Assembly: GCA_963674745.2 (NCBI GenBank)
Contig: CAXXDV010000001.1
Location: 2,592,001-2,656,000, forward strand
Length of the DNA: 64,000 nt
Direction: 5' to 3'
DNA from: Desulfosudaceae bacterium
GTDB lineage: Bacteria; Desulfobacterota; Desulfobacteria; Desulfobacterales; Desulfosudaceae
In this document: one piece after another, positions 9,867-22,274 of the stretch
Layout: each line of letters begins with the position of its first letter
Position numbering within the stretch: position 1 is the stretch's first letter
Notes under the pieces: model-generated
What the model was told of the DNA's origin: nothing
The model's input: only the letters and a program-made list of their open reading frames with translations
Databases searched by the model: none
Program-made: the position numbers and the translations under genes

Positions 9867-10811
9867 TTGTCGTTGAATAAACAGGAAAGACCAGTCACGT
9901 TAAGTGAGCAGGCGGAGCGGTTTATTACGGCTCTGGAAACGGAAAAAGGCTATTCCCCGCATACGCTGCGCGCCTACTCCGGAGATCTCCGGGAATTTAT
10001 CACTTATGTTGAAAAGTCCGGGGCGTCCCGCGGTGAACCTGATGCCCCCCCCGGGGTTGAGCAGGTGACGGTACTGTCTATTCGCGGTTACCTGACCTGG
10101 CTGTATAAAAAGTCAGTTGACCGGCGTTCCGTGTCGCGAAAGCTTTCGACGCTGCGGTCTTTTTTCAGATATCTGAAGAAGCGGAACCTGGTGGTTGATA
10201 ACCCGGCCGAAAGTGTCCTGTCGCCAAAAACCGGTGAAAAAATTCCCGCTTATCTGTCTGTCGACGATATGTTCCGTCTGCTGGACTCGATTTCAGGTGA
10301 CACGCTTCCGGACTTGAGAAACCGGGCAATTTTTGAAACCATTTATTCCACCGGGATACGGGTATCCGAAGCCGCCGGACTGGATGTGTCCAGTATTAGC
10401 AGCGGGCAGGGTGTCATGCGGGTTTACGGCAAGGGCGGAAAAGAACGCCTGGTGCCTGTCGGTCGTCAGGCGCTGGACGCTATTGACCGTTATCGCCGCA
10501 GGCTTTTTGAGGAAACAGGGCATCCGGCCGAAAGCGGCCCCCTTTTTTTAAACAAGAACAACGGGCGGTTGACGTCCCGTTCCATAAACCGGATTTTAAA
10601 AAAGGTCGCCGCCGCCTGTGGGCTGTCGATTCCCCTGTCACCTCATGCGTTGCGTCATTCTTTCGCCACGCACATGCTGGACGCGGGAGCCGATTTGAGA
10701 ATCGTTCAAGAGTTGCTCGGGCATAAAAGCCTGTCGACCACACAGAAATACACGCATTTAACCATCGATAAACTGATGGAGGTATATGATCGTGCCCATC
10801 CCAGAAAATAA
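9867..10811 (+). CDS. xerC: Tyrosine recombinase XerC
   Basis: YSTGIRVSE, GKGGKER, HALRHSFATH, LGH, TTQKYTH; directly upstream of hslVU. Confidence 0.9.
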   Translation: MSLNKQERPVTLSEQAERFITALETEKGYSPHTLRAYSGDLREFITYVEKSGASRGEPDAPPGVEQVTVLSIRGYLTWLYKKSVDRRSVSRKLSTLRSFFRYLKKRNLVVDNPAESVLSPKTGEKIPAYLSVDDMFRLLDSISGDTLPDLRNRAIFETIYSTGIRVSEAAGLDVSSISSGQGVMRVYGKGGKERLVPVGRQALDAIDRYRRRLFEETGHPAESGPLFLNKNNGRLTSRSINRILKKVAAACGLSIPLSPHALRHSFATHMLDAGADLRIVQELLGHKSLSTTQKYTHLTIDKLMEVYDRAHPRK

Positions 10812-10824
10812 CAGCGGCCGGGAT

Positions 10825-11349
10825 ATGAGGGGAACCACCATTATCGCGCTGCGACATCAGGGGAAAACCGTGATGGCGGGTGACGGACAGGTGACCCTGG
10901 ATACAACCATTATCAAGCACACGGCCCGAAAGGTGAGGCGCATCTACAACGATCAGATTATCGTGGGGGTGGCCGGCGCCACCGCCGATGCGTTGAATCT
11001 TTCAGAACGGCTGGAGTCGAAACTGGAACGTTATAACGGTAATCTGACCCGCGCGGCGGTGGATCTGGCCAGAGACTGGCGCACGGACAAATACTTGAGA
11101 CGCTTAGAAGCGTTGATGATCACGGTTGACACGGAACATATGTATCTGATTTCCGGTAACGGGGATGTTATCGAACCGGATAAAGATGTGGTCGGTATCG
11201 GCTCCGGGAGTGTGGCCGCCCAGGCGGCGGCGCTGGCGCTGATGGAGAACTCAACCCTGGAGGCCGCCGATATCGCCCGGGCGGCCATGCGTATTGCGGC
11301 CACGTATTGTATTTACACCAACACACAGGTGACTTTAGAAGAATTGTAG
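10825..11349 (+). CDS. hslV: ATP-dependent protease subunit HslV
   Basis: [37 protein letters not shown]. Confidence 0.95.
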   Translation: MRGTTIIALRHQGKTVMAGDGQVTLDTTIIKHTARKVRRIYNDQIIVGVAGATADALNLSERLESKLERYNGNLTRAAVDLARDWRTDKYLRRLEALMITVDTEHMYLISGNGDVIEPDKDVVGIGSGSVAAQAAALALMENSTLEAADIARAAMRIAATYCIYTNTQVTLEEL

Positions 11350-11363
11350 TCAGGGAAACAGGC

Positions 11364-12734
11364 ATGAGTGAATTAAAACCAACTCAAATTGTTACAGAAC
11401 TTGATAAATATATTATCGGTCAGAATAAAGCCAAGCGGTCGGTGGCCATTGCTTTGAGAAACCGGTGGCGCCGTCGCCAGGTGCCCGATGAGCTGCGCGA
11501 TGAAATCGCACCCAAGAATATTATCCTGATCGGACCCACCGGCGTGGGTAAGACGGAAATTGCCAGACGGCTGGCCAATCTGGCGGATTCGCCTTTTTAC
11601 AAGGTGGAAGCGTCCAAATTCACGGAAGTCGGTTATGTGGGCCGTGACGTTGAATCCATGGTCAGAGACCTGGTGGAGTTGACCATGAACAAGGAAAAAG
11701 TCAACCAGCAGGAGGTGGTTAGATCCAAGGCCAGGGAAAATGCCGAAGAACGGTTGCTGGATGTCCTTCTGCCTGCTTCAGGAGGGCAGGCTTTGATGGA
11801 TGATGATGCCGACCATGAGGGGTCTGGAGAGATTACCGTGATCGATGAAAGCCGTTCGTCTACCAGGGAAAAATTCCGGGAGATGTTGCGCAACGGTAAG
11901 CTTGATGACCGCTATGTCGACCTGGAGTTGGCCGAAAAGAGCATGCCCATGGTGGAGATTTTTTCAAATGCCGGCCTGGAGGAGATGGGCATTAACTTCA
12001 AGGATATGCTGTCCGGCATCATGCCCAAGAACGTCAAGCGGCGGAAGGTGAAGGTGTCCGAGGCGCTTGAAATGCTGACCAACGAGGAAGTCGGCGAACT
12101 GGTCGACATGGATCAGGTCGTCAAAAACGCCATTACCCGGGTGGAACAGGCCGGGATTATTTTTTTAGACGAGATTGACAAAATCGCAGGGGCTGAAAAA
12201 GGGCACGGGCCGGATGTTTCCAGGGAAGGTGTCCAGCGCGATCTGCTGCCCATTGTGGAGGGCTGCACGGTAACCACCAAGTACGGCCCGGTGCAGACGG
12301 ATCATATCCTGTTTATTGCTTCCGGCGCCTTTCAGTCGAGCAAACCGTCGGACCTGATTCCGGAGCTTCAGGGCCGGTTCCCCATCCGGGTGGGGCTCGA
12401 TGCCCTGGGCAAAAAAGAGTTCGTGCGGATTTTAACCGAGCCCAGGAACGCGTTGCTGTTGCAGTATATGGCGCTGCTCAGGACCGAGGGCGTTGACATC
12501 GTTTTCAGCGATGATGCCGTAGACGTGATTGCCGCCATCGCCGAAGAGGTGAACAATAACATGGAAAACATCGGCGCCCGTCGGCTGCACACCCTGATGG
12601 AATGCCTGCTCGAGGACATCCTTTTTGACGCGCCGGACACGGCCGAAAAACGGATTGAGATTGACGGCGCGTACGTAAATGAAAAGTTAAAAGACATAAA
12701 GGCGGATGAAGACCTAAGCCGGTTTATCCTTTGA
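11364..12734 (+). CDS. hslU: ATP-dependent protease ATPase subunit HslU
   Basis: [43 protein letters not shown]. Confidence 0.97.
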   Translation: MSELKPTQIVTELDKYIIGQNKAKRSVAIALRNRWRRRQVPDELRDEIAPKNIILIGPTGVGKTEIARRLANLADSPFYKVEASKFTEVGYVGRDVESMVRDLVELTMNKEKVNQQEVVRSKARENAEERLLDVLLPASGGQALMDDDADHEGSGEITVIDESRSSTREKFREMLRNGKLDDRYVDLELAEKSMPMVEIFSNAGLEEMGINFKDMLSGIMPKNVKRRKVKVSEALEMLTNEEVGELVDMDQVVKNAITRVEQAGIIFLDEIDKIAGAEKGHGPDVSREGVQRDLLPIVEGCTVTTKYGPVQTDHILFIASGAFQSSKPSDLIPELQGRFPIRVGLDALGKKEFVRILTEPRNALLLQYMALLRTEGVDIVFSDDAVDVIAAIAEEVNNNMENIGARRLHTLMECLLEDILFDAPDTAEKRIEIDGAYVNEKLKDIKADEDLSRFIL

Positions 12735-12775
12735 TGGCCCGGTAAAAAAGTCATCGGACTTTTTACGGTGCCGTC
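12733..12775. repeat. Short palindromic element with the same ends as 30394-30518
   Basis: GATGGCCCGGTAAAAAAGTC-ATCG-GACTTTTTACGGTGCCGTC; overlaps hslU stop. Confidence 0.65.
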
Positions 12776-12830
12776 CGGCTTTTAGCTTTTTGCGATTGTA
12801 TTAACCGGTGAATTTAAAAAGAGGACGATC

Positions 12831-13721
12831 ATGGACCCCAATGTAGCCGACATACTGATTGAATCCTTGCCCTATATCAGGCGGTTTTCCGGCATGACCA
12901 TTGTTGTCAAGTATGGCGGGCATGCCATGGTGGATGAACAGCTCAAGCAGGATTTCGCCCGGGATATTACCCTGCTCAAGTTTATCGGCATTAATCCGGT
13001 GATCGTCCATGGCGGCGGCCCCCAGATTAATCTCGTGTTGGAGCAGATGGGCATCGAGACCAGCTTTGTCAGGGGTATGCGCTATACGGATCAGGCCACC
13101 ATGGACGTGGTCGAAATGGTGCTGGGCGGCAAGGTGAACAAGTCCATCGTCGCCCAGATCAACCAGTGCGGCGGTAAAGCGGTCGGTTTGAGCGGCAAGG
13201 ACGGTGGTCTGATTTCCGCGTCCAAATTGACCATTGTCAGTGAGGCGGAGGGCAAATCCCCTCCGGAAATCATCGATCCCGGACTGGTCGGCGATGTCAC
13301 GGCCATTTCACCCCAGGTTATTGAAACCCTGGCCGGGCAGGGTTTTATTCCGGTTATCGCGCCGGTCGGGGTGGGTAAAAACGGTGAGACGTTCAATATC
13401 AACGCCGACCTGGTCGCGTCCCGGATGTCCGCTGCGCTGTCGGCCGGCCGGTTGATTATGCTGACTGACGTGGACGGGGTCCTGAACGCCGGCGGTGAGT
13501 TGATCTCATCCATTGACGCGGCCACGATTCAAAAAATGATAATCGATAAGCAGATTACCGGGGGAATGATTCCCAAAATCGAGTATGCCCTGGCCGCAAT
13601 CGAAAGCGGCGTGGAAAAGGTCCAGATTATCAACGGCACCAGGCGGCACGCGGTACTGCTGGAGTTGTTTACCGATCAGGGCATTGGAACGGAAGTGACG
13701 AAAACGGAAGAAACGAAATGA
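12831..13721 (+). CDS. argB: Acetylglutamate kinase
   Basis: [28 protein letters not shown]. Confidence 0.97.
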   Translation: MDPNVADILIESLPYIRRFSGMTIVVKYGGHAMVDEQLKQDFARDITLLKFIGINPVIVHGGGPQINLVLEQMGIETSFVRGMRYTDQATMDVVEMVLGGKVNKSIVAQINQCGGKAVGLSGKDGGLISASKLTIVSEAEGKSPPEIIDPGLVGDVTAISPQVIETLAGQGFIPVIAPVGVGKNGETFNINADLVASRMSAALSAGRLIMLTDVDGVLNAGGELISSIDAATIQKMIIDKQITGGMIPKIEYALAAIESGVEKVQIINGTRRHAVLLELFTDQGIGTEVTKTEETK

Positions 13722-14908
13722 GTCAGAAGATAAAAGCAAAAGCGGATGCCGTAATCGCGCAGACATATAACCGTCTGCCGCTGGTCTTCGTCAAAGGTGA
13801 AGGCTGCACCCTGTGGGACGCGGAGGGTAAATCCTACACGGATTTTTTAGCTGGTATCGCGGTCTGCAGCCTGGGGCATGCCCATCCGGAAGTGGCCGAA
13901 GCGATCTGCCGTCAGGCCGGCCAACTGGTCCATGTGTCCAATCTTTTTTATACGCTGCCGCAGATAGAGCTGGCTGACTGGCTGGTGGACAGATGTTTTG
14001 CCGACCGGGTTTTTTTCTGTAACAGCGGGGCCGAAGCCAACGAGGCGGCGATTAAACTGGCCAGAAAATATTTTGCCGTAAAAGGCGATAAGCGACGCAG
14101 CCGGATTATCAGTATGGAGAAGTCGTTTCATGGCAGGACGATGGGGGCCCTGGCCGCTACGGGGCAGAAAAAAATTCAGGAAGGGTTCGACCCCCTGTTG
14201 CCCGGATTTGATTATGTCACTTTTAATAATCTGGAATCCCTTGAAAAAAGCATATCTCCGGACGTTTGTGCCGTCATGCTCGAGCCGATTCAGGGTGAGG
14301 GCGGGGTCGTGTGCCCTTCTGAGGGATATCTGGAAAAGGTCAGGCGGATATGTGATGACAATGGCGCGCTGCTGATTTATGACGAAGTCCAGACCGGTAT
14401 CGGCCGCACCGGAAAACTGTTCGCCTATGAACACTCGGGGGTGCAACCGGATATCATGACCCTGGCCAAGGCCCTTGGAAACGGCCTGCCCATCGGCGCC
14501 ATGCTGGCGACGGAAGACGTCGCAGCCGCTTTTACATATGGTTCACATGCCACGACGTTCGGCGGCACACCGTTGATTTGCGCGGCCGCACTGGCTGTCT
14601 TAAAATGCATCGAACGCGACAGCCTGCTGGAAAAGTGCCGTACGAGTGGTGATTATTTTAAAAACCGTCTGGCGGCTTTGAAAGACAAGCATGCCGTTAT
14701 CCGGAATGTGCGCGGTATGGGCCTGTTGATAGGGGTGGAACTGGACTGTGAGGGCGCACCGATCGTGCAGGCCTGCATGCAACAAGGATATATCATCAAT
14801 TGTATTCAGAACAATGTGTTGCGGTTCGCACCGCCCCTGATCATTTCGGAACAGGAGATCGACGGCCTGATTGGCTGTCTGGACAAGGTCCTGACGGAAG
14901 TAAAATAA
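13718..14908 (+). CDS. argD: Acetylornithine aminotransferase
   Basis: [26 protein letters not shown]; arg operon context. Confidence 0.95.
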   Translation: MSQKIKAKADAVIAQTYNRLPLVFVKGEGCTLWDAEGKSYTDFLAGIAVCSLGHAHPEVAEAICRQAGQLVHVSNLFYTLPQIELADWLVDRCFADRVFFCNSGAEANEAAIKLARKYFAVKGDKRRSRIISMEKSFHGRTMGALAATGQKKIQEGFDPLLPGFDYVTFNNLESLEKSISPDVCAVMLEPIQGEGGVVCPSEGYLEKVRRICDDNGALLIYDEVQTGIGRTGKLFAYEHSGVQPDIMTLAKALGNGLPIGAMLATEDVAAAFTYGSHATTFGGTPLICAAALAVLKCIERDSLLEKCRTSGDYFKNRLAALKDKHAVIRNVRGMGLLIGVELDCEGAPIVQACMQQGYIINCIQNNVLRFAPPLIISEQEIDGLIGCLDKVLTEVK

Positions 14909-14963
14909 CGGGGGCGATGATTTCGGGCTCATGGAGACGCCGGGCCTCGATGAAGAAGCGGAA

Positions 14964-14995
14964 GTGATTATGTGTTTAAGTGATTAGGTGGTTAA
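14964..14995 (+). repeat. 8-bp tandem repeat (GTGDTTAN x4), related to the 7536 and 7707 arrays
   Basis: gtgattat gtgtttaa gtgattag gtggttaa in the argD-argF spacer. Confidence 0.65.
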
Positions 14996-15073
14996 GTATT
15001 GTGGCGCAATGCAATTGCCCCCTGCCAGCCTGATCCCAAACTGTATGGCGTGGAAATTAACGAAGAGGTTGTA

Positions 15074-16000
15074 GTGAAAAAAGACATACTGACACTGAGT
15101 GATTTGACCCGGCAGGACATGATTGATCTGTTCGACCTGGCCGGGGAGTTGAAAGCCAGGTATAAACAGGGCATTGTTGACGATTTTTTAAAAGGCAGGG
15201 TGCTGGGGCTTATTTTCGACAAGCATTCCACCCGTACGCGGGTTTCGTTCGAGGCCGCCATGAATCAGATCGGCGGTTCGGTGATTTACATGAGCTCGGG
15301 AGACATGCAGATCGCCCGGGATGAACCGGTCAAAGACACGGCCCGGGTCCTGTCCCGCTACATAGACGCGCTGGTGGTCCGAACCTATTCCCAGGAACTG
15401 ATCGAGGCCTATGCCGCTTATGCCGATATACCGGTGATCAATGCTTTGAGCGACAGATATCATCCCTGCCAGGTACTGAGCGACCTGTTGACGATTATTG
15501 AGCATAAAGGCGAATGTGAGGGACAGAAAATCGTCTGGTTGGGTGATGGCAATAATGTCGCCAATTCATGGATTAACGCCGCTGCCGTTCTGGGGCTCAA
15601 TCTTGTCCTGGCCTGTCCAAAAGGGTATCAGCCCGATGAGGAACTGCTCAAAATGGCTGTGGCCCAGGGGCATGGGACGGTTTCCGTAACCGGTGATCCC
15701 AGAGAAGCGGTACGTGATGCGGATGTCATTTATACGGATGTCTGGGCCAGCATGGGACAGGAGAATGAGCGCGCAAGCCGCATCAAGGCTTTTGAGGGAT
15801 TTCAGCTCGATAACGAGCTGGTGTCGCTGGCCGCGGACGATGTTGTTGTCATGCATTGCCTGCCTGCCCACAGAGATGAAGAAATCGCTGAAGATGTTCT
15901 GGAAGGAGAACGGTCTATTGTGTGGGACCAGGCGGAGAACAAGCTTCACATGCACAAGGCGGTTCTGAAAGTGTTGATCGAAAACAATTTGAGCCAATAA
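15074..16000 (+). CDS. argF: Ornithine carbamoyltransferase
   Basis: STRTR, HPCQ, DVWASMG, HCLP; likely GTG start at 15074. Confidence 0.96.
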   Translation: MKKDILTLSDLTRQDMIDLFDLAGELKARYKQGIVDDFLKGRVLGLIFDKHSTRTRVSFEAAMNQIGGSVIYMSSGDMQIARDEPVKDTARVLSRYIDALVVRTYSQELIEAYAAYADIPVINALSDRYHPCQVLSDLLTIIEHKGECEGQKIVWLGDGNNVANSWINAAAVLGLNLVLACPKGYQPDEELLKMAVAQGHGTVSVTGDPREAVRDADVIYTDVWASMGQENERASRIKAFEGFQLDNELVSLAADDVVVMHCLPAHRDEEIAEDVLEGERSIVWDQAENKLHMHKAVLKVLIENNLSQ

Positions 16001-16014
16001 GAGGGAGAAACGAA

Positions 16015-17214
16015 TTGAGTGATATTAAAAAGGTCGTGCTGGCCTATTCCGGCGGCCTGGACACGTCTGTTATTTTAAAATGGCTGATCGAGACCTATGA
16101 CTGTGAAGTGGTTGCCTTCTCGGCCGATATCGGTCAGGCGGAAGAGTTGTCGGGAATCGAGGAAAAAGCCAAATCGACCGGCGCCGTCAAGGCTTATGTC
16201 GATGACCTCCGGGAAACCTTTGTGGCCGATTATGTTTTTCCGGCTTTTCGCGCCAATGCTGTTTATGAAGGTCAGTACCTTCTGGGGACGTCCCTGGCCC
16301 GGCCGCTGATTGCCAAACGGCAGATCGAAATCGCCGAGGCCGAAGGCGCCGATGCCGTCAGTCATGGCGCTACCGGTAAAGGCAACGACCAGGTCCGTTT
16401 TGAGCTGGGATATTACGCGCTCAAGCCGGATATCAAAATTATCGCGCCCTGGCGTGAATGGGACCTGGGGTCACGTACCGCCCTGATGGCCTTTGCCGAA
16501 GAGCACGGCATTCATGTGCCGACAACGGTTGAAAAACCTTACAGTTCGGACAGAAACCTGCTTCACATAAGCTACGAAGGCGGTGTGCTGGAAGACCCAT
16601 GGCATGAACCGTCGGAAGACATGTTCATCCTGACGGTTTCGCCGCAGAACGCCCCTGATCAGGCGGAAAATGTGGAAATCGGCTTTGAAAAGGGTGACCC
16701 GGTAAGCATTAACGGACAGGCCTTATCTCCGGCCTCACTTCTGGCGGAATTGAACCGGCTGGGCGGCAAACACGGCATCGGACGGGCCGATATCGTCGAA
16801 AACCGTTTTGTGGGTATGAAGTCACGCGGTGTTTATGAAACACCCGGCGGCACCATTCTGCGGGCGGCGCACATGGCCATGGAGTCCATTACCATGGACC
16901 GGGAAGTGATGCATCTGCGGGATTCACTGATGCCCAGGTACGCGGAAATGATCTATTACGGTTTCTGGTTTTCTCCGGAAAGAGAGCTGCTGCAGCAGTT
17001 GATCGATCAGGCCCAGGTCAATGTAAGCGGTATTGTCCGGCTGGCGCTTTACAAGGGTAACTGCCGTGTGCTGGGCAGAAAATCGGAAAAATCACTTTAT
17101 AGCGAAGACTTTGCGACGTTTGAAGAAGATTCGGTTTACCGGCAGAAGGATGCGGAGGGGTTTATCCGATTGAACGCGCTGAGACTGCGGTTGGAAAAGC
17201 TGATGGGTAGGTAG
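16015..17214 (+). CDS. argG: Argininosuccinate synthase
   Basis: [26 protein letters not shown] start after GGGAGA. Confidence 0.97.
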   Translation: MSDIKKVVLAYSGGLDTSVILKWLIETYDCEVVAFSADIGQAEELSGIEEKAKSTGAVKAYVDDLRETFVADYVFPAFRANAVYEGQYLLGTSLARPLIAKRQIEIAEAEGADAVSHGATGKGNDQVRFELGYYALKPDIKIIAPWREWDLGSRTALMAFAEEHGIHVPTTVEKPYSSDRNLLHISYEGGVLEDPWHEPSEDMFILTVSPQNAPDQAENVEIGFEKGDPVSINGQALSPASLLAELNRLGGKHGIGRADIVENRFVGMKSRGVYETPGGTILRAAHMAMESITMDREVMHLRDSLMPRYAEMIYYGFWFSPERELLQQLIDQAQVNVSGIVRLALYKGNCRVLGRKSEKSLYSEDFATFEEDSVYRQKDAEGFIRLNALRLRLEKLMGR

Positions 17215-17235
17215 GGAAATTAAAGAGGGCGGATT

Positions 17236-18618
17236 ATGACAGATAAGCCATGGGGAGGCAGGTTCGCTGAAAAGACCGATCAGGCGGTAGAACAATTTAC
17301 GTCATCGGTGGCTGTGGATCGGCAACTGGCCAAATGCGATATTCAGGGCAGCATTGCTCACTGCCGGATGCTGGCCAGACAGAAAATAATTTCCGATCAG
17401 GAAGCAACCGCGATCATCGAGGGGCTGGAGGCCATTGAAAAGGATATCGCATCCGGTACGTTTATATTCTCGGACAGCCTGGAAGATGTGCATATGAATA
17501 TTGAAGCAGCGCTGTCCGAGAGAATCGGCCCCACGGCCGGCAAGCTCCATACCGGGCGCAGCCGTAACGACCAGGTGGCGGTTGATGTACGGTTGTGGCT
17601 GCGGGAGGAAAGCCGGCGCACTATCGAAGGCATCAAGGCGCTACGCCGTGCCATCGTCGCCGCGGCCAAAGACAATATTGATGTCATCATGCCCGGTTAC
17701 ACCCATCTCCAGCGGGCTCAGCCTGTCCGGCTGGCTCACCATCTCATGGCTTATTATGAGATGTTTTCCAGGGATGCCCGGCGATTTAAAGACGGCATGC
17801 GGCGCATCAATGTCATGCCCCTTGGCAGCGCGGCCCTGGCCGGAACGACCTATCCCCTGGACAGGGACTATACCGCTTCGCTCCTGGGCTTTGACGCTGT
17901 ATCGGCCAACAGTATGGATGCCGTTTCGGATCGGGACTTTGTAATTGAATTCCTGGCGTCGGCCAGCATCTGTATGATGCATTTTTCACGCCTGGCCGAA
18001 GAGCTGGTGATCTGGTCATCATCCGAATTCGGTTTTATAACGTTTTCAGACGCCTTTGCCACGGGCAGCAGTATCATGCCCCAGAAGAAAAATCCGGATA
18101 TTCCGGAGCTTGTGCGGGGCAAGACCGGCCGGGTATACGGCGCCCTGGTGGCCCTGCTGACCACCATGAAAGCCCTGCCCTTATGCTACAACCGGGACAT
18201 GCAGGAGGACAAGCCGCCGCTTTTTGACGCTGTCCAAACGCTGACGGCCTGTATCGATATCTGTACCCGGATGTTTGACAATTTTTCCGTAAACCATGAA
18301 GCCATGCGTCAAGCCGCCGGCAGCGGCTTCCTGAACGCCACGGATCTGGCGGATTATCTGGTCGGCAAGGGGCTGCCTTTCCGGGATGCGCATGCCTGTG
18401 CCGGTAAGGCGGTGGCGGTCGCTATCGAAAAAGGGTGTGAGTTACAGGCCCTGGCCCTGGATGAGTTAAAACAGTTTTCAGAACTTTTTGAGAAGGACGT
18501 GTATCATTTCCTTGACCTTGAACAGGTGGCGGATAAAAGAGACACATACGGCGGCACTTCCAGAAACGGGGTGCTGTCCCGGATAAAAGAGGCGGAAAAA
18601 GAGATTGGTCAAGCATAA
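17236..18618 (+). CDS. argH: Argininosuccinate lyase
   Basis: WGGRF, HTGRSRNDQ, GSSIMPQKKNPD. Confidence 0.97.
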   Translation: MTDKPWGGRFAEKTDQAVEQFTSSVAVDRQLAKCDIQGSIAHCRMLARQKIISDQEATAIIEGLEAIEKDIASGTFIFSDSLEDVHMNIEAALSERIGPTAGKLHTGRSRNDQVAVDVRLWLREESRRTIEGIKALRRAIVAAAKDNIDVIMPGYTHLQRAQPVRLAHHLMAYYEMFSRDARRFKDGMRRINVMPLGSAALAGTTYPLDRDYTASLLGFDAVSANSMDAVSDRDFVIEFLASASICMMHFSRLAEELVIWSSSEFGFITFSDAFATGSSIMPQKKNPDIPELVRGKTGRVYGALVALLTTMKALPLCYNRDMQEDKPPLFDAVQTLTACIDICTRMFDNFSVNHEAMRQAAGSGFLNATDLADYLVGKGLPFRDAHACAGKAVAVAIEKGCELQALALDELKQFSELFEKDVYHFLDLEQVADKRDTYGGTSRNGVLSRIKEAEKEIGQA

Positions 18619-19051
18619 TCCGCTGGTATGGGCGGTCCTGATAATGTTGACGCTTTTTGCGTGCGGTCGAAAAACCCTGCCCGTAGCCCCGAACGTTTAT
18701 GTTCCTCCGGCGGTGGAAAACTTGACCGCCACGTCAGCTTCCGGAGAAGTTACATTACGCTGGATTGTCCCGGATGGACAGCGGCAACGGAAAAAAGGCC
18801 TGTCCCGGGTAGTGGTTTTTATGGCGGATCGCTTTTCATGCCCGGACTGTCCGCCTGCTTTTGAGCCGATCGCGTCTATTTCATCCCGGGAGCTGGCGGA
18901 AAATGATCGGGGAGACCTGATAGGGACCTATACGCTACCGGCCCGGGAAAAAGGCCGCCGGCTGTTTTATGTGAAGCCCTTCACATCGCTCGGCATGCAA
19001 GGACCGGAATCGGATATTGTCGAGGTTGTCCGGCCGGCGGAGGAACGTTAA
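18605..19051 (+). CDS. Lipoprotein of unknown function
   Basis: Lipobox LFAC-GRK, FN3-like strand pattern, CPDCP. Confidence 0.7.
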   Translation: MVKHNPLVWAVLIMLTLFACGRKTLPVAPNVYVPPAVENLTATSASGEVTLRWIVPDGQRQRKKGLSRVVVFMADRFSCPDCPPAFEPIASISSRELAENDRGDLIGTYTLPAREKGRRLFYVKPFTSLGMQGPESDIVEVVRPAEER

Positions 19052-19546
19052 ATGTCTCATATCGCTTATATATCCATTGGGTCCAATATCGGTGACGGAA
19101 CCAGGAACTGCGACCGGGGTATAGCGGCAGTGGCGGCTGCGGATGGAATCGAATTGCTGGAACGGTCAAAGCTGTTTTTGACCGAGCCTGTGGATTATCT
19201 GGATCAACCCTGGTTTACCAATGCCATGATCAAGATCAGGACTTCTCTTGAGCCGCTGGAACTGCTGGACGTTTTGAAGCAGATTGAACGGGAGGCCGGC
19301 AGAAAGCCCCATACGGTGAGATTCGGGCCGCGAGTCCTTGATCTGGACATTCTGTTTTATGAGGATATGGTGTTGGATTCCGATGTGCTTGTGCTGCCAC
19401 ATCCGCGAATGCACAAAAGACATTTTGTCCTGCGGCCGTTTTGTGATATTGACCCAACTGTGGAGCATCCCGTTTATAAAAAAAATATTCAGGAATTGTT
19501 TGATCTGCTGGATGAACAGGGGCAGAAAGTGCAGGTGCATGAATGA
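19052..19546 (+). CDS. folK: 6-hydroxymethyl-7,8-dihydropterin pyrophosphokinase
   Basis: YISIGSNIG, GPRVLDLDIL, LPHPRMHKRHFVL. Confidence 0.96.
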   Translation: MSHIAYISIGSNIGDGTRNCDRGIAAVAAADGIELLERSKLFLTEPVDYLDQPWFTNAMIKIRTSLEPLELLDVLKQIEREAGRKPHTVRFGPRVLDLDILFYEDMVLDSDVLVLPHPRMHKRHFVLRPFCDIDPTVEHPVYKKNIQELFDLLDEQGQKVQVHE

Positions 19547-19809
19547 TATTACGTTTACTGGCCTTTATCGGACTTGTCTATCTGCTGACCAAGGGGATCC
19601 GGCTCTGGTTGGCAGCGGTTCAGGCCGGCCAGCGGATCGCCAAAGCGGGCGAGGAACAGTCAAGGATCGACGATGTGATGGTCAAGGATCCGTATTGCAG
19701 TGTTTATTTTCCGAAAAGGGATGGGGTGCATTTAAGGTTCAAGGGCGAAGACCTCTATTTTTGTTCGGAAACCTGTCGTGATAAGTTTCTGATGGAACGG
19801 AAAAAATAG
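19543..19809 (+). CDS. Membrane-anchored YHS/TRASH domain protein
   Basis: TM helix + KDPYC...YFCSETC. Confidence 0.8.
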   Translation: MILRLLAFIGLVYLLTKGIRLWLAAVQAGQRIAKAGEEQSRIDDVMVKDPYCSVYFPKRDGVHLRFKGEDLYFCSETCRDKFLMERKK

Positions 19810-19891
19810 GTCGCTGGCAGAACGGAAGGTGTCGACCGGTTTTAAAAAAAATGAACAAAGATTTGATAAGCTTAAGAAAGGAGATGTTTTA

Positions 19892-20536
19892 ATGAAATTT
19901 TTTATCGATACAGCGAATATAAACGAGATTAAGGAAGCAGCGAAAATGGGGATGGCGGACGGGGTTACCACCAATCCGTCTTTGATCGCCAAAGAAGGCG
20001 GTGACTTCAAGACGATTATCAAGCAGATCTGCGAAGTCGTGGATGGCCCCATCAGCGCCGAGGTGATCAGTCTTGAAACGGACGGCATGATTGCAGAAGC
20101 CCGGGAGCTGGCAAAAATCCATGAGAATATCGTGATCAAAATTCCCATGACCGTGGATGGTTTAAAGGCGGTCACGGCTCTGGCGGAAGAGAATATTCGT
20201 ACCAATGTGACACTGGTTTTTTCACCGCTTCAGGCGCTGATGGCCGCCAAAGCCGGTGCCGCTTATGTCAGCCCTTTTGTCGGTCGCCTGGATGATCTTT
20301 CGGCTGACGGCATGGTTCTGGTAGAGCAAATTGTCGAGATTTACAGCAATTACGCTTTTGACACCGAGATTATCGTGGCCAGTATCCGTAACCCCCTGCA
20401 CGTGCTGGAATCGGCTTTGATGGGCGCGGATATCGCGACCATCCCGTTTAATGTACTTTCAAAGCTGGCCGCACACCCCATGACGGACAAAGGCATTAAA
20501 GCCTTTCTGGATGACTGGGAAAAAACCAAAAAATAA
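19892..20536 (+). CDS. tal: Transaldolase / fructose-6-phosphate aldolase family
   Basis: [40 protein letters not shown]. Confidence 0.92.
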   Translation: MKFFIDTANINEIKEAAKMGMADGVTTNPSLIAKEGGDFKTIIKQICEVVDGPISAEVISLETDGMIAEARELAKIHENIVIKIPMTVDGLKAVTALAEENIRTNVTLVFSPLQALMAAKAGAAYVSPFVGRLDDLSADGMVLVEQIVEIYSNYAFDTEIIVASIRNPLHVLESALMGADIATIPFNVLSKLAAHPMTDKGIKAFLDDWEKTKK

Positions 20537-20569
20537 TCCGGAAAGGGCGATTCCCTTAGGAGTTTTAAT

Positions 20570-21151
20570 ATGGCAGCAATATCAGATGTGAAGCGAATAC
20601 TGCAAAATCCCAATGCCCTGACCATGTCCCGCATTATCGCCAGCCCGGTTATTGTGATTCTTTTGTTGTTCCCCATGAACCGGGTGACGTGCTTTCTGGC
20701 GGCTCTGGTATTTTCCGCGGCCGCGATTACGGATTATTTTGACGGCTTTTTTGCCAGAAAATATGGTCAGATATCGGGTTTTGGAAAAGCCATGGATCCA
20801 CTGGCGGATAAAATGCTGATGACGGCTGTGTTTATCATGCTCACGTCCAAGGGGCTGATTCCCGGTTGGGTGGTATGCCTTATCATCGGGCGGGAACTGG
20901 CGGTTACCGGGTTGCGCAATATACTGGCCGGTAAGGGAGAAGATATCTCCGCTTCAATCTGGGGGAAATGGAAAACCGGTTTTCAGATCGGGGCGTCGAT
21001 CCCCCTGCTGCTGCATTATGAATATTTTGGCATCGATTTTCACGCCCTTGGTATTCTGGTGCTCTGGGTTGCGGTGGCATTGACGCTCTGGTCGGCGATT
21101 GACTATTTTGTCAAAGCCCGGTCGGTTTTTTTTGATGAAGCTTTACCCTGA
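20570..21151 (+). CDS. pgsA: CDP-diacylglycerol--glycerol-3-phosphate phosphatidyltransferase
   Basis: PNALT, DYFDGFFAR..GKAMDPLADK. Confidence 0.93.
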   Translation: MAAISDVKRILQNPNALTMSRIIASPVIVILLLFPMNRVTCFLAALVFSAAAITDYFDGFFARKYGQISGFGKAMDPLADKMLMTAVFIMLTSKGLIPGWVVCLIIGRELAVTGLRNILAGKGEDISASIWGKWKTGFQIGASIPLLLHYEYFGIDFHALGILVLWVAVALTLWSAIDYFVKARSVFFDEALP

Positions 21152-21177
21152 TATTTTAATATGATATATTAAATAAG

Positions 21178-22107
21178 ATGAATAAGCGGATCACCATATT
21201 TGTTGCCAGCCATTCCGGAGCCCTGGTTAAACAGGTCACGCTACCCAGAATCTTTCTGGTGGGGATCGGTTTTCTGGTCGTTGCCGGCATCATTTCGGCA
21301 GGGGTTGTTTTTTCAAATTACATTACCCTCAAAAAGAAGGCCGCCAGTGCAAGGCTTCTTTCCGAAACCATCGAATCCCAGCAGAATGCGCTGGCAGAAC
21401 AGCAGCAGCAGATAAAAGGGCTGGTTGACCGGATTAACATGATGAAATCACAGCTTTTTGCCTTACGTGATTTCGAGAAGAAAATCCGAGTGATCGCTGA
21501 TTTGGAAAGCCAGTCGGAATCCACCGGGCTGTTTGGTATAGGGGGGGTGTCTTTAAAAGAGATTAATGCGCAGGACTGTACGGAAGAAAGGCAGAACGCG
21601 CTTGTCAGGGAAATGCACCAGCAGTTGAATTTGCTGGATAACGCCTTTTCCGGTCAAGAGGACGGCCTTTCCTCTTTGTTAAGTTGCCTGGAAGATAAAC
21701 GCCGACTCCTGGCCTCGACGCCCGCCATTCGGCCTATGAACGGCGGTTGGATCACGTCCCGGTTTGAATACCGGAAATCTCCTTTTACCGGCCGGCGGGA
21801 GTTCCATCATGGGCTTGATATCGCAGCCAGCATGGACACGCCTGTTATTGCTTCGGCTGACGGAAAGGTGATCTTTTGCGGAACCAAAGGGGGGCTGGGA
21901 AAAGCTGTTATCATTGATCACGGTCGCGGAATTGTCTCCCGCTATGGTCATTTGAATAAATTAAAAAAGAAAAAAGGCGATTTCGTGAGTCGGGAAGATA
22001 TTATCGGAACGGTCGGGAATACCGGCCAGTCCACCGGTCCTCACCTTCATTATGAAGTCCGGGTGAATGGTGTGCCGGTTGACCCGGAAAAGTATATCCT
22101 GAATTAA
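21178..22107 (+). CDS. M23 family metallopeptidase
   Basis: TM + coiled coil + HHGLD, YGHL, STGPHLHYEV. Confidence 0.92.
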   Translation: MNKRITIFVASHSGALVKQVTLPRIFLVGIGFLVVAGIISAGVVFSNYITLKKKAASARLLSETIESQQNALAEQQQQIKGLVDRINMMKSQLFALRDFEKKIRVIADLESQSESTGLFGIGGVSLKEINAQDCTEERQNALVREMHQQLNLLDNAFSGQEDGLSSLLSCLEDKRRLLASTPAIRPMNGGWITSRFEYRKSPFTGRREFHHGLDIAASMDTPVIASADGKVIFCGTKGGLGKAVIIDHGRGIVSRYGHLNKLKKKKGDFVSREDIIGTVGNTGQSTGPHLHYEVRVNGVPVDPEKYILN

Positions 22108-22274
22108 CCCCCCCTCATAACCACTTCTTTTTCTTATCAGTATCAAATGATTTGCAGACATGTCATAAATGCGGGCGGACAAGGTGCCTCCGGCCGACCT
22201 CCGATACGGTGAGGTTCTGTCTGAAAGATATAGAAGATAACATCCAACAGTGACATAGATTTTAAGAAAGTGCG

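Noticed and set aside
9867..10811. Tyrosine recombinase as a prophage or island integrase
   Set aside because: XerC-like sequence in the xerC-hslVU housekeeping context, with no phage or mobility genes nearby.
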